From Symbiopectobacterium sp. (GTDB taxonomy: Bacteria; Pseudomonadota; Gammaproteobacteria; Enterobacterales; Enterobacteriaceae), in the NCBI GenBank assembly GCA_051710525.1, contig JBPESR010000007.1, positions 8,994 to 72,993 on the forward strand: a DNA stretch of 64,000 nt, read 5' to 3'. Below are positions 1-11,839 of the stretch, piece after piece. The stretch's first letter is position 1; every line of letters begins with the position of its first letter. Made by a program: the position numbers and the translations under genes. The notes beneath the pieces are model-generated. The model worked only from the letters and a program-made list of their open reading frames with translations, made no database searches and was not told the DNA's origin.

Positions 1-1003
1 TGTGAAGTCACATAAGAAAAAATTTGCACAGCCCATTTTAATTATTTCACCACGACCTGATGTGATGACTAATATTGTTAGTCAGTTGTTAATGCATCAT
101 TTAGCTGATGTCATACCGCATGAAGCGGATTTTTTTACTATGAATGATAATCCAGCTGCCAGCGATGCCATAGCGGTTATTATCGTCGATATTGACGATG
201 TGGATAATGTTGAACTTATTATGCAGTGGATAATGTTGAACTTATTATGCAGATGGTTGCGCTACTCATCCCAGTTTCGGCAAAACCGATTCTGGTGGGC
301 AATAATGACTCAATCTGCTTTGCACATGCGTTGATGATGGCAGGAACCAACTATAGGCATATTGGATCACAGTTAGCGCAATTTCCCAATCTGATTCGTG
401 ACCCTATTCCGGCTACGCGTAACAGAGTTACGATGAAAATCAGCGTTCTGGGATGCAAAGGAGGGGCAGGTGCATCCACTGTAGCACATCAGCTTTTTAA
501 GGCTGCTGGAATGCTGACCTCAATACCAATGCTATTGGTGCAGTGGTGCAGCGGTAGTTGGGATTTGGATTTATTGTTAGCGAAGCATTACCCAGCGACG
601 GCAGCATTGCCGATCTTACCGCTCATCAGTCGGTAAAGATGGAAACGTGCGACGCAGCATGGCTGTATGAAGATACCGCGTTTAATCGATATAATCTGGC
701 TTTCTTTGATTATGGAATTCATACCTCGAACAGTAGCTGGAACAGGTAGTTATGCAGTACAATGTTATTGTGTTGGTGATTTCACGGGCGTTAGCCTCAT
801 TACTTGTGGCGAAAAATATACTTGAAGAGTATAAACGTTTTTTTCTGGCAAACCCGCTGAAAGAAACGCGTATTTTTCTGTGTTTAAACGAGAGTCATCC
901 CAAAAATACGGATGAGCTTGTTAATGCTGATATTGAAGAGTATCTTAGACTTGTTATTTTTAGCGTAAATGCCTATAACGTTCATCATAATCCACTCTCC
1001 TAA
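1..1003 (+). pseudogene. tadZ: Tad pilus assembly protein TadZ/CpaE-like, fragmented, 5' end outside window
   Basis: Deviant P-loop GCKGGAGAST in ORF 226..636; directly upstream of tadA; split over several frames, including by a 26-bp duplication at 200-251. Confidence 0.65.
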
Positions 1004-1181
1004 GAGAATTCACTTTATCGACTTGCTGCTTACCTATTAGGCAAGTCATTGGGCCCTAAGTCCTCTCGTAATGTTCTGTTTTCCCTGCCGACTTTTCGTC
1101 GTACTGCGCGTCAAAATGCGATCGTGTGATTGTTGGTCTTTTTGATATCTGAGCGGTGGTAAACAGAAAAAGAGGGAAAAA

Positions 1182-2497
1182 GTGATGAATATTGAAACTG
1201 AAATGACCAGCACATTGCTCTATTTCCGCGAGCAGGTGCTTAAAAATATCGATTTAGAGCGCATTGATGAGTTGAAAAATCAGCGCTATGCACTGCTGCG
1301 AGAAGTTAACGACGCCATTCAGCGCGGGATGAATAACACAGGACAATATCTTTCAATCCGGGTTTGCAACTGCTGATGTAAGCTAATTGCCGATGAGATT
1401 ACGGGATATTGACCGCTGCGTGAGTTGATGGAAGATGAAAGTGTCAGTGACATTCTGGTTAATGGGCCTGAACGTATTTTTGTTGAGCGAGCGGGGAAAT
1501 TGAAATTAGTTGATAAGCGTTTTATCAGCAACTGAAATTAGTTGATAAGCGTTTTATCAGCAACGAGCAGTTGATTGATATTGCCCGTCGACTGGTTCGC
1601 CGGTGGGGTGCCGCCTTGATGACTCGCAATCGTTGATCGATACGCGCATGCCTGACGGTAGTCGCCTGAACGTGGTCATCGCGCCTGTTGCACTGGATGG
1701 TGCCTCTATCTCAATTCGTAAGTTTGGCTCCATTCGTAAGTTTGGCTCCGTGCAGAGAACGCTGGCCAATCTGATCGAGTACGGCAGTATGAATGAGATG
1801 ATGGCGAATTTCCCGGTCATCGCGAGTCGCTGTCGCGTAAATATTGAGTCGCTGTTGCGTAAATATTATTGTCTCTGGCGGGACCGGGTCTGGGAAAACA
1901 ACCCTGCTAAATGCCATGTCCCATTATATTGATGAAGGTGAGCTGGTACTGACGCTGAAAGATGCAGCTGAGTTGCGTTTGCAGCAACAGCATGTTGTCA
2001 GGCTGGAAACCCGTATGGCCGGTGTCGAGAAGCAAGGCCAGATCACTATGCGTCATCTCGTCGTCAATGCACTGCGTATAAAACCCGATTGCATCATTAT
2101 CGGGGAGTGCCGGGGAGAAGAAGCGTTCGAAATGTTGCAGGCAATGAACAGCTGCCATGATGGATCCATGTCAACCTTGCATGCCAACTCTCCGCGTGAT
2201 GCCTTAGCGCATCTTGAATGTATGGACATGATGTCAAGCGCGGCACTTCCCCTTGCAGCAATCCGCCGCAATATCGTATCGGCAGTTCATATCGTTGTTC
2301 AGGTATCGCGCCTGCCTGATGGCTCACGAAAAGTAATTAACATTACAGAAGTAATGGGTATGGAAGGCGATAACATTATCTTGCAAGATATCTTCAGCTA
2401 TTCCGCCAGGCCGAACGATCTGAAACGGGGGCAATTCAAGGTGGTTTTACCTCTTACGGTTTATTACAGCGCTCAACCGTATACCAACAGGCAATAA
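1182..2497 (+). pseudogene. tadA: Tad/CpaF secretion ATPase, fragmented
   Basis: Walker [19 protein letters not shown] and GSMSTLHAN motifs; broken by stops, frameshifts and duplications at 1501-1564, 1714-1749, 1824-1867. Confidence 0.9.
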
Positions 2498-2546
2498 TCC
2501 GTGATATGCAATAGCCCTTGAAGCAACTGTTCGGAAATAAATTACC

Positions 2547-3375
2547 ATGATCTTTATCTTCAGCATGCTTCTGCTTGGCTTGCTTCAACTCGTATTCGAG
2601 TATCGGAAGAAAAATATTCAACGAATACGTCACATTGCTACTGTACCTAGAACTAACAAGTTAACCCACCAACTTAAGCAGCATGCATTATGGCAACGTT
2701 TGGTGGCACTTATCAGTGATATTTCTCGGTATTTGCTAGGTAAAGGTATGACCTGGCGTTAAAAAAATGGTTTGGTTGTATTCGCTGTTTAAGGGGTAAG
2801 CATTTATAGTAGCCTGGAGTATTTACATATTGATTTACTTATTGTATCGCCGTTCATGTTATTTATTGTTGACATTGTATATACGTTTCCAACGGAGTAA
2901 AAAGCGGCGCGAATAGCATTCGAAACCACATTTTCTGAGGCGTTGAATATTATTAACATTAACAGTGTTATTAGTGCTGGGAATTTAGTGATGCTCGGCA
3001 TTGAGCAGTGTGGTAAGAAAATTGCAGGTATTGTTGGCGAAGAGTTTAGAAAAATATCTAAGCGTCTTGAAATTGGTGAGGATATTGAAAGTGTTTTGAT
3101 GGAATCGTATCAACGTTTACCTTATAGGGAGTATTATTTTTTATTGTCACTGTCTTGGTGAATATGAAAAGGGGAGGGCAAATCAAGGACGTCATGATGC
3201 GGTTAGCAACCATGATCTCTAATGAACGAATTATTGATAGAAAAATTGGCCATGATATCTGAAGTAAGAATGTCTGTAAAATATTAACGGCCATTCCGAT
3301 TTTTTCTTTTTTTTATAAAAAACACTTCACCATACAGTTTTGCTATTCCTCTGGCATTTTTATCCTTTGGTTAAT
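2547..3375 (+). pseudogene. tadB: Tad inner-membrane platform protein TadB, fragmented
   Basis: Fragments such as KISKRLEIGEDIESVLMESYQRLPYREY and downstream GGQIKDVMMRLA; position after tadA. Confidence 0.7.
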
Positions 3376-3398
3376 GATGAATAAGTTATAGGTAAGTT

Positions 3399-4340
3399 AT
3401 GTTTTATCTGTTTTCACTGCTCATGATGGTTCTTGGTCTGGGTGGACTTCTCATCTTTTTAAAGATAAGAATAAAAACAAATCATTAATGTTGTTGAGTG
3501 TCTAATATAAACATTCATTGAATGATACTGAAAATAAGGATAACGCATCGTATGTTGAGACGATTTTGATAAAATCAAGCCGTTTGATTTCGATTGCATC
3601 ATTATTAGATAAAAATGTGATACTAAAAATGTTAACCGTTGTTACGCCTTGGCGGTGTATTTTTTTTACTAAAAAAGTGGAATCCTCTAAGTGTCAATGA
3701 ATGTTTTACTCATTTGTTTTTTAATCCTGAGTGTATAAGTTATTATTTTACCTGATGTGGTCAAAAAAAACTTATTTTGGTAAAACGGTTAAAAGGCATA
3801 TTAAAAGATTTACCTTTTATTATTGAGATTTACCTTTTATTATTGATATGATGTCGGTTTGTATTCAGTCAGGAATGATAGTTGAAAAATCTATGCGATA
3901 TTTTAGTGATAAAACTAAACATATTAATAAGAATATTGCCAAAATTCTGGAACGTGTCATGCTAAAAGCATGAGGTTAGTGGGATCAATGCCGCGTTGGA
4001 ACAACTTTATCAATAGATAGCCAGTAATCAAATGAGAATGTTCTGTACTACAAAACAGTATAGTATAAACTTTGGCTCATCTATTTATAAAATGTTAATC
4101 GCTTTAGGTAAGGAAATGAGAGATATACAGTTACTCGATATGGCAGGATATACAGTTACTCGATATGGAAGAAAAAGTGGCAAGCTTATCTGCCAAAATG
4201 ACCATGCCGATGATTGGCTTTATTATGTTTCCATTATTGGCAATAATTGTCGGACCAGGTTTTATAGGGATCATGGCATTATGGGGAAATTAGTTGATAT
4301 TTTATTATCACTTTTAGTTTTTTTCTCGCAAAATGTGTAA
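3399..4340 (+). pseudogene. tadC: TadC, fragmented
   Basis: Hydrophobic N-terminus, fragment CIQSGMIVEKSMRYF, position; duplications at 3806-3845 and 4122-4171. Confidence 0.6.
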
Positions 4341-4344
4341 ATGT

Positions 4345-4930
4345 GTTATAAAAAGCGGAAACCACAATGCTATTGACGAGGAGCAGAAGGAGTTTATTCT
4401 TACCAAGATGAATGATTTTTAAGGGCTAATTAAGTTATATCGTGAAAAACTAAATCAAAAAGAAGATAAAAAAACACGGTATATTTTGGCAAATCATTAC
4501 CACTCTGTGATGGATTATGAATCATCAAGGCATTATTTAGCGCCTTTGCTGGTCGATCATCCCGATGAAGATATTCTGTTACTTGAAGGCAAGAATTTGC
4601 TGGAACAAGGACACATTGCTGAAGCGCTTGACAGAGTTAGGGCGGCTTTGAAAGTTAGGGCGGCTTTGAATAAACCCACTGAAAATGGGGAAGTATTAAA
4701 ACACAAGGCATGTTACTGGCGCAGTATGGCAATTATCTTGCCCCAAAGTATCATTTGATAAAGTCCGAACTCATTTTGTTGATGAAGATAAAGTCATTAA
4801 TAACCTCGCGATGCTGGCCATAAAGAGCTCGGTGATAGAGCGCTGAACCAGATAGTCTACGAATTACAAGGCGTGACGGCGAGTGATGACATATTGCGCA
4901 TAGGAAAAAAACTTGATGGCAGATGGTGAT
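4345..4930 (+). pseudogene. tadD: TadD TPR protein, fragmented
   Basis: TPR-like fragments (YESSRHYLAPLL, NNLAMLAI); position; boundaries approximate. Confidence 0.55.
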
Positions 4931-5252
4931 GGTAATGTAAGGTCAATTTCAATTGCACATAAAGATAAAAATATCATGCACATAAAGATAAAAATATCAT
5001 TTTGGTGAAGTTTTTATTAAAGAAAAAATGGATAAGTTGAAGGTATTTCACCTTGAGACTGAGAAATCAGCACCGGAGAAATTAGTGTTTGATTTCTATC
5101 ACGGCTAATTTTTATCGGAGATATTCTCTGAGTTGTATCATCAAACGGGTTTTTATTGTATTAGGTTGATTACCGGATCGTCTGTTGATTCATTATACCA
5201 TATAATTCAGTGGATTATAAGCGCTTCTGGTATTTTTAAGGGATGATGTAAA

Positions 5253-5681
5253 GTGAAAATAGAAGGGATACTGGCAATGGCTATTAGTATAATATTGACG
5301 TTCGTCTGTTATACGGATATTCGTTGTCGTAAAATTACCAATGCGACGACATTGCTCATTTTTTCTCTCTCACTTTTATTAGTCTTTCATCATCCTGAAG
5401 ATCTTTCTTTAACATTGCTGTTGCTATTGTTTTGTCTTGGTTTTGTTTTATCTATAGCCTGTATAATCGATACAGGCGATGTTGAAATAGTATATGTATT
5501 ATCAACGGGGCTTTCAACGACAGAGATGGGTAATTTTTTATTTTTGACGGGAATAGTAGGGATCCCACTTTCGCTGTTTACGTATTTTTTATATTATCGA
5601 CTGTTCTCAAAACAGAATATCACCACCATACCCTATGGTGTTGCTATTTGCTCTGGCTATTGGTTGTTGTGGGCAGTGTAA
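5253..5681 (+). CDS. Prepilin peptidase TadV/CpaA (A24 family); open frame with degenerate motif
   Basis: YTDIRCRKITN, TGDVE and PYGVAI motifs; multiple hydrophobic segments. Confidence 0.7.
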   Translation: MKIEGILAMAISIILTFVCYTDIRCRKITNATTLLIFSLSLLLVFHHPEDLSLTLLLLLFCLGFVLSIACIIDTGDVEIVYVLSTGLSTTEMGNFLFLTGIVGIPLSLFTYFLYYRLFSKQNITTIPYGVAICSGYWLLWAV

Positions 5682-5703
5682 GTAAAGTAAAAGGAATGAA
5701 AAA

Positions 5704-6240
5704 TTGAACAACAAGAGAAAAAATGTGCTTTTATGGTATCGTTCGAGTACTGGCAGTGCCGCGCTTGAGTTTTCTTTGATATTTATCCCTTTTATTATGG
5801 CATTTCTTTTTCTCGCAGAGCTTTGTCGGGTGATTTATATTTCATCTTCCTTGGATTTTGTTCTGGCTGAATCCAGCTATCGTACATCGCTTCGTCAGCC
5901 TGACAGCGATTATAAAGCTTATTTTACGAAAGCCTTAAATATTTTACGAAAGCCTTAAATAAGCGTTTAGGTGTATGGCCATTATTTACCAAAGAAAATA
6001 AGATAAGTGCATCTGCACAATATAAGATAAGTGCATCTGCACAATATTGTGATGACATTGCTACGTTAATTGAGAATGGCAAACATTGCTCATCGATTCA
6101 TGCAGTTTGAAAGCCGTTAGCATTGTATCACGTGAATATTATTACCAGCCTCTCTTCTTTTTATTTCCGACAGTGATAGTTGAACAGCAATGGAAGAGAA
6201 AGGTTGCTTTTGTTCAGGAATTTCAGCTAGGAGAATTGTA
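5704..6240 (+). pseudogene. tadE: TadE pseudopilin, frameshifted
   Basis: GSAALEF prepilin-like motif followed by a hydrophobic helix; 20-bp duplication at 5921-5960 breaks the frame. Confidence 0.7.
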
Positions 6241-6242
6241 AC

Positions 6243-6865
6243 ATGTCTTCGCTTTGCAGAAATGGAAAATTGCTGTCTGAGATAAAAAATGAGAAAGGAA
6301 GCGTAGCGATTGAGTTTTTTTTCTACTTTTTTTGTCGTACTACTCTGTTTTTTATTAGTTGATTACGGTCGATATTTTTAAACAAAGGCTGTATTGAACG
6401 TGTCAATCATTCTCTTGCCACAGTGCTGCACGAACGTACTGTACTTTATCATGGGAAAGAGATCTTGACACAGGATGATGTCAATCAGTTAGATTTATTG
6501 GCAAAGATGCTCTTGGGTGAATCCCACATCGGAGAAAAGTATAATCTCTATATTGATGCTATCTATTTTGATGAAGATATAAAGTCAGAAAAATAAAAGG
6601 TAAGCCCATATCCTTTACTCTAGTTCATGTAACCGATGGCAATTATCCAAAGTCAGAGTTTGCAAAGGATTTCACTAAACGTATTCCGCTTTCCCCTTTT
6701 TCTCATGCTAATACTGGATCGACGCGAACTGAGCATTGGCTACCTGTTTATCAGGTCACTCTCTGTACTCAAGTTCAATATAGTTTGTTACTAAAAATAT
6801 TAGGTGCTATTGGTATAACCAGAACTTCGTATAACAAGAACTTCAATGTAACAAGAACTTCAATG
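6243..6865 (+). pseudogene. tadF: TadF pseudopilin, fragmented and truncated
   Basis: NEKGSVAIEF motif; ends at the junction with the nrdE remnant. Confidence 0.65.
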
Positions 6866-8344
6866 CAGGTTCATTTGTCCGAGGCCAATGGCATAGGAGT
6901 CATCATTACCTTTTGCGATGGAGGGCACAGAGCGATGTGACTCATGTCAGAGACCGCCGTCAATGCACGAATTGCGGTTTCAACCGTATTGCCGAAATTA
7001 AGTGAATCCATGGTTTTAGCGATGTTCAACGACCCTAGATTACACGAGATATCCTTTACGATGGGCGATAGCCTAAGTCGTCATCGTAAAGGCTGGCTTC
7101 GTTGACCTGAAGGATCTCCGAGCACAGTTGACCTGAAGGATCTCCGAGCACAGGTTATTCATGGTGATTCGGCCATGAATCGGTTGGCGCGATTCACCGT
7201 ATCTTCAAACATCTAAAACTGTATTTCGGCCAGAATCTGGAAAAACTCGCGCGCCTTGATCTGCGATTTGCGGATGCGTTTATCGTTTACTATCTCATGG
7301 TACTTCTCGCTCACGCCGATTTCCGAGAAGGGCACTCCATACACCTGTTCCACATCGTAGGGAGAGAACAGGTACATCATCTGATTGGTTTTCGCCAATT
7401 GAAAGGTGATATCCGGGATCACGACGCCAAGATAAAATGTTTTAATCCGGATTTTCTCATCGGCGTTTTCACGCTTGGTATCGAGAAAATGCAAAATGTC
7501 GGGATGGTGCGCATTGAGATAGACTGCACCTGCACCTTGCCGTGCACCCAACTGATTGGCATAGGAAAAAGCATCCTCCAGCATCTTCATGATGGGGATG
7601 ATATCGGAAGACTGATTTTCAATACGTTTGATCGGTGCACCGGTTTCTGATCGGTGCACCGGTTTCGCGGATCTTGGTCAGGATAAAGGCAACGCCACCG
7701 TCACGCTTGGAGAGTTGTAACGAGGAATTGATGGTGCGCCCGATAGATTCCATGTTGTCTTCAATACGCAACAGAAAACAGGAGACCAACTCACCGCGCT
7801 GTTTTTTACCGCAGTTGAGAAAGGTAGGTATCATAGGTTGAAAGCGACTGCTGATGATCTTATCGACTAATGCGCTGGCAAGGTGGGTATTGCCCTTGGC
7901 AAACGCCAAAGCAACCAGACAGACCCGGTCCTCATAGCGTTCCAGATAGCGTTTGCCATCAAAGGTTTTCAGCGTATAGCTGATGTAATATTTGAACGCG
8001 CCAAGGAAGGTTTGGAAACGAATTTGTGCGCATAGGCCTGCTGAAACAGGCTCTTGATGCTGAAACAGGCTCTTGATAAAGCTGAATTGATACTGTTCCA
8101 ATACCTCTGCTTCAGAGTAGCTTTCTTCTACCAGATAGCGCAGTTTCTCCTCCAGATTGTGGAAGAACACCGTATTATGGTTTACTTGCTGAAGGAAATA
8201 GCGTCGTGCGGCCAGCCGGTCTTTTTCAAACTGAATATGCCCGTCAGCGTCATAGAGATTCAGCATGGCATTAAGCGCATGGTAATCGAGCATGTTGTCG
8301 CTTTTACCCTGTGTTGGTGTATTGATTACGGATGTTGTTGCCAA
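6863..8344 (-). pseudogene. nrdE: Class Ib ribonucleotide reductase alpha subunit; 3' third deleted
   Basis: [32 protein letters not shown] and GLGQMNLH motifs; frameshifts and duplications at 7101-7152, 7629-7666, 8040-8077; nrdF absent. Confidence 0.92.
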
Positions 8345-8730
8345 AATTGGATTACTCCTTTTTGCATATTGATTACATCTTCCTGTGTGCCGAGCAGTTC
8401 AAAACGATACAGGTACGGCACCTGGCATTTCTGCGCGATAATGTCGCCAGCCAGACAATATGCGGTGCTGAAGTTCATATTGCCTGCCGCAATCACGCCG
8501 CGCAGACCGGACCGGTTGTTGGCGTCGTTGAGGAATCGAATGACCTGGTGCGGCACGGCACCTTTGCTGCTTCCTCCTCCGTAGCTGGGCATAACCAGAA
8601 TAAACGGTTGTGCCACGTTGAGTACCGGCTGGTCTTCTGCTATCGGAATGCGCAGGGCGGGCAGACCCACACGAACGATAAACCGATGCGTGTTTTCCGA
8701 TTGGCTGGAAAAATAGACCAGTGGATTCAT
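8326..8730 (-). CDS. nrdI: Flavodoxin-like NrdI
   Basis: 134-aa open frame: [30 protein letters not shown]. Confidence 0.9.
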   Translation of the reverse strand: MNPLVYFSSQSENTHRFIVRVGLPALRIPIAEDQPVLNVAQPFILVMPSYGGGSSKGAVPHQVIRFLNDANNRSGLRGVIAAGNMNFSTAYCLAGDIIAQKCQVPYLYRFELLGTQEDVINMQKGVIQFWQQHP

Positions 8731-8739
8731 TGCGACCCC

Positions 8740-8962
8740 TTATTGCAACTGCTCTGAGTTTATCCGGGCAAAACCGCTCCAGTGGTCGTCCTCTGTCATA
8801 ACGACCGGTACCTGTTGATAGCCCAATGCCCTTACCCGCTGTAATGCCTGCTCATCTTCTGTCAGGTCTATAAGCTGATAAAAGTAATACCTTGTTTATC
8901 CAAAGCACGGCACGTCGCATTGTACTGAACACAGCACGGCTTAGTAAAATAGTAATACGCAT
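8740..8962 (-). pseudogene. nrdH: Glutaredoxin-like NrdH, frameshifted
   Basis: MRITI..KPCCVQ and QQVPVV...WSGF in shifted frames; upstream of nrdI. Confidence 0.8.
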
Positions 8963-9090
8963 GATTCGCATTTACTTTTTGGTTAAAGTCAGTATGGTAA
9001 AGTGGCCTTGTGACACCCTTGCGCTGCCGCCTTTCCTTGCGCTGCCGCTTTTTTGCGAAACCACCTCATCGATACCGTGGCATGTTTAAA

Positions 9091-9135
9091 CACATGATGT
9101 AGATGTTTTAAATTTCAACCATACAATATATGGTG
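9091..9135. promoter_or_regulatory. Probable tandem NrdR boxes
   Basis: cacatgatgtagatg (9091-9105) and atacaatatatggtg (9121-9135), 30 bp apart, upstream of nrdH; resemble the NrdR consensus. Confidence 0.5.
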
Positions 9136-9257
9136 ATTAGTGTGGATTCGTTGGGGAGGAGATAGGAATGGCGAAATAGGACAGTGCTACCAAGGAGAAA
9201 CGGGGGCGTGGTTGAGAATAAAAAAAATTGGACCACTGTGGGCCCGCTGCTGCGTCA

Positions 9258-10036
9258 TCTACAAAACTGGAAAATTCCACTGTAGTAGATCTATCGTATT
9301 TAACTGTAGTAGATCTATCGTATTTAATGATAGAGCAGATAGGTGATTCTTTTGAGTTCCACCGCCTCCAGATTTTCAGGCGCGGCATAGTGCCGCAGAT
9401 CGAAATCCTTGAGCGGCATTTCTTCTGAAGTTCTGAATGGAATTGATTTGATGGTTGATGAAATGTTTCACACCGTTGATATCACGCGTGAAACCGCGTA
9501 CGCGATAGTCAATGGTGACAATATCGGATTCCAACTAGTGAATCAGGTAATTCAGCGCTTTTAGCGGGGAAATCACGCAGCAGGTTGACACTTCAATATC
9601 GGCGCGAAAGGTGCATAGGCCACTATCGGGATGGCTTTTCGGGTAGGTATGTACACAAATATGGCTCTTGTAAATATGGCTTTTGTCTAGATGCGCAACC
9701 ACGGAATGGGGCAGCGGTCCGGGATCTTATGAGCTATCGACATCGCGCGGATCTATCGGCTCTTCGCTGAGCGGATCCATCGGCTCTTCGCTGACAAGAA
9801 TGGTCACGCTTGCGCCCTGAGGGTCGTAGTCCTGTCATGCGATGTTCAAAATATTGGCTCCAATGATCGTACAGGTCTCCGTCAGGATCTCTGTTAAACG
9901 ATTGGCGTTATACTGTTCGTCAGTACAGGCGATATAGCCGTCACGATCGTCAGCGGTTTTGGCATAGAAGATATCATAGATACAAAAGCTCAGGCTTTTG
10001 GTCAGGTTATTAAAGCCGTGCAGTTTCAGCTTGTGC
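9258..10036 (-). pseudogene. speD: S-adenosylmethionine decarboxylase
   Basis: [42 protein letters not shown]; stops, deletions and duplications. Confidence 0.9.
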
Positions 10037-10120
10037 AGTTTTCGTAACCCCTTTATAGTGTTTTCGTAACCCCTTTATATATATAGTATAGTTGTATGCG
10101 TCATAGTATAGTTGTATGCG

Positions 10121-11045
10121 TCAGGCTAATGAATTCAGTAGATATTGTGGTAGCGCAAAGCAGCGGATTGTAATAACGGCAGCTGATGCCTAAAGATGCC
10201 TAAAGAGTGATAACGGGCCGCAAGCGTGTCCTGTGCTACCAGGCGCAATGTCAGATCGTTGCTGCCCCAGGCAAAGGGCATGATACCACCGTAATAGGTG
10301 GGGATCGCTACCTGATAGAAGGTGACATCCGAAAAAGAGCGAAAAAGAGCGGTTGAGTAAGCGGTGGCTGTTGATGGCTTCATCCAGGCCGCCTGGATTC
10401 AGGCTGCGCGCACAACCATCATAATACGCTGAGCTGAAAGAAAAATACGCTGAGCTGAAAAGATACGCTGAGCTGAAAAGGCTTTCTCCGGGGCCGATGG
10501 GATCGGTGCAATCAGAAATGATCACATCAAACCTATTGCAGTTTTGGCTGGCAAAATCAACGCCATCGGCAATCACCAGCGTTAAACGCGGATCGTCATA
10601 AGCTCCGGCACTGTGGTTGGGAAGGTACTGGCGACAGAAACTGACCACACCCGCATCAATCATCACCATGGTGATGTGTTCTACTTACCATGGTGATGTG
10701 TTCTATTCCGGATGGCGATACACTTCGCGCAGGATGCCGCCATCACTTCGCGCAGGATGCCGCCATCGCCGAAAATGAGCACGCGCTTGGCAGCGCCATG
10801 TGTCAACAGAGGAACATGGGTTAGCATTTAGTGTTAGTGGTAGATAAACTCGTCGCGTTCGGTGGTTTGCACCACGCCATCCAGTGCCATCACGCGCCCC
10901 AGAGCCGCATTTTCGAAGATAATCAGATCCTGATGGGCGGTTTTTTCATGAAACAGACCTGGTCAATGGAAAAATATTGGCCGAAGCTGGCATGTAACGT
11001 TTAGCTGGCATGTAACGTTTCATGCCACATCCCTTTTCGGGACAT
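10121..11045 (-). pseudogene. speE: Spermidine synthase
   Basis: [44 protein letters not shown]; at least six duplications. Confidence 0.92.
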
Positions 11046-11157
11046 GTAAGAGCTTCTTCTGCGATCACCGCCGTGAAAATGAGCGCACCATCATAGCTAA
11101 TTCGCAGATGGCTTGCACAGCGAAATTTCAGGCAATGCGGGAAACGTTACGCGAGCA

Positions 11158-11505
11158 CTATTTCTCGTTCGCGAGCAGACCGAACGAGTTTTGCGCCAGC
11201 GATTGACACTTTTTGGGCATCGGGATTGGGATGTTACTCAGATCGCGGTAGCTATCCTCACCCAGGCTGGTCATATCAAAGTCGCTGTAATTTTTGAGAT
11301 TCCAACGGTTTTGCTGCGCAAAAGCGATCAGCACGCGTCGAATATGATCGTTGGGAATGTCTTGACAGCCACAGTTGTTTTTCAGATAGACGAAAATGGT
11401 CGTCAAGTCAGCGAGATCTTCCGCTTCAAATTCATTCAGTGCGTTACTGGCTGAAGAAAATCCCATCAGACTCATAAGCAACAGTGCCATCGCAGAGCCT
11501 TTCAT
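11158..11505 (-). CDS. yacC: YacC family pilotin-like protein
   Basis: 115 aa with signal peptide, EAEDLADLTTIFVYLKNNCG; synteny with speE. Confidence 0.85.
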   Translation of the reverse strand: MKGSAMALLLMSLMGFSSASNALNEFEAEDLADLTTIFVYLKNNCGCQDIPNDHIRRVLIAFAQQNRWNLKNYSDFDMTSLGEDSYRDLSNIPIPMPKKCQSLAQNSFGLLANEK

Positions 11506-11839
11506 GATTAAACCTTATCAAAAATCTTAAATTACCATTATCACAGATGGGGTAAGTGGGTTCAAGGTTTATTTTACGTTTTAACGTTAGTAAAACTCGT
11601 TATTCCCTGATGTGCCAATCTGTACGGTTGAGACCAATGGCCGGATATTAAGCCCCATTTATTCCGTGTTGATAACATGACGCCGTGCGCAGCCTCGATA
11701 ACATGACGCCGTGCGCAGCCTCTGTTATTTTATTAACAGATGATAGTAGTAAATAGGAACAGATGATAGTAGTAAATAGGATTTACCGTTATAGTTAACA
11801 GATGATGGTAAATAGGATTTACCGTTGCTGGTGTGATGA

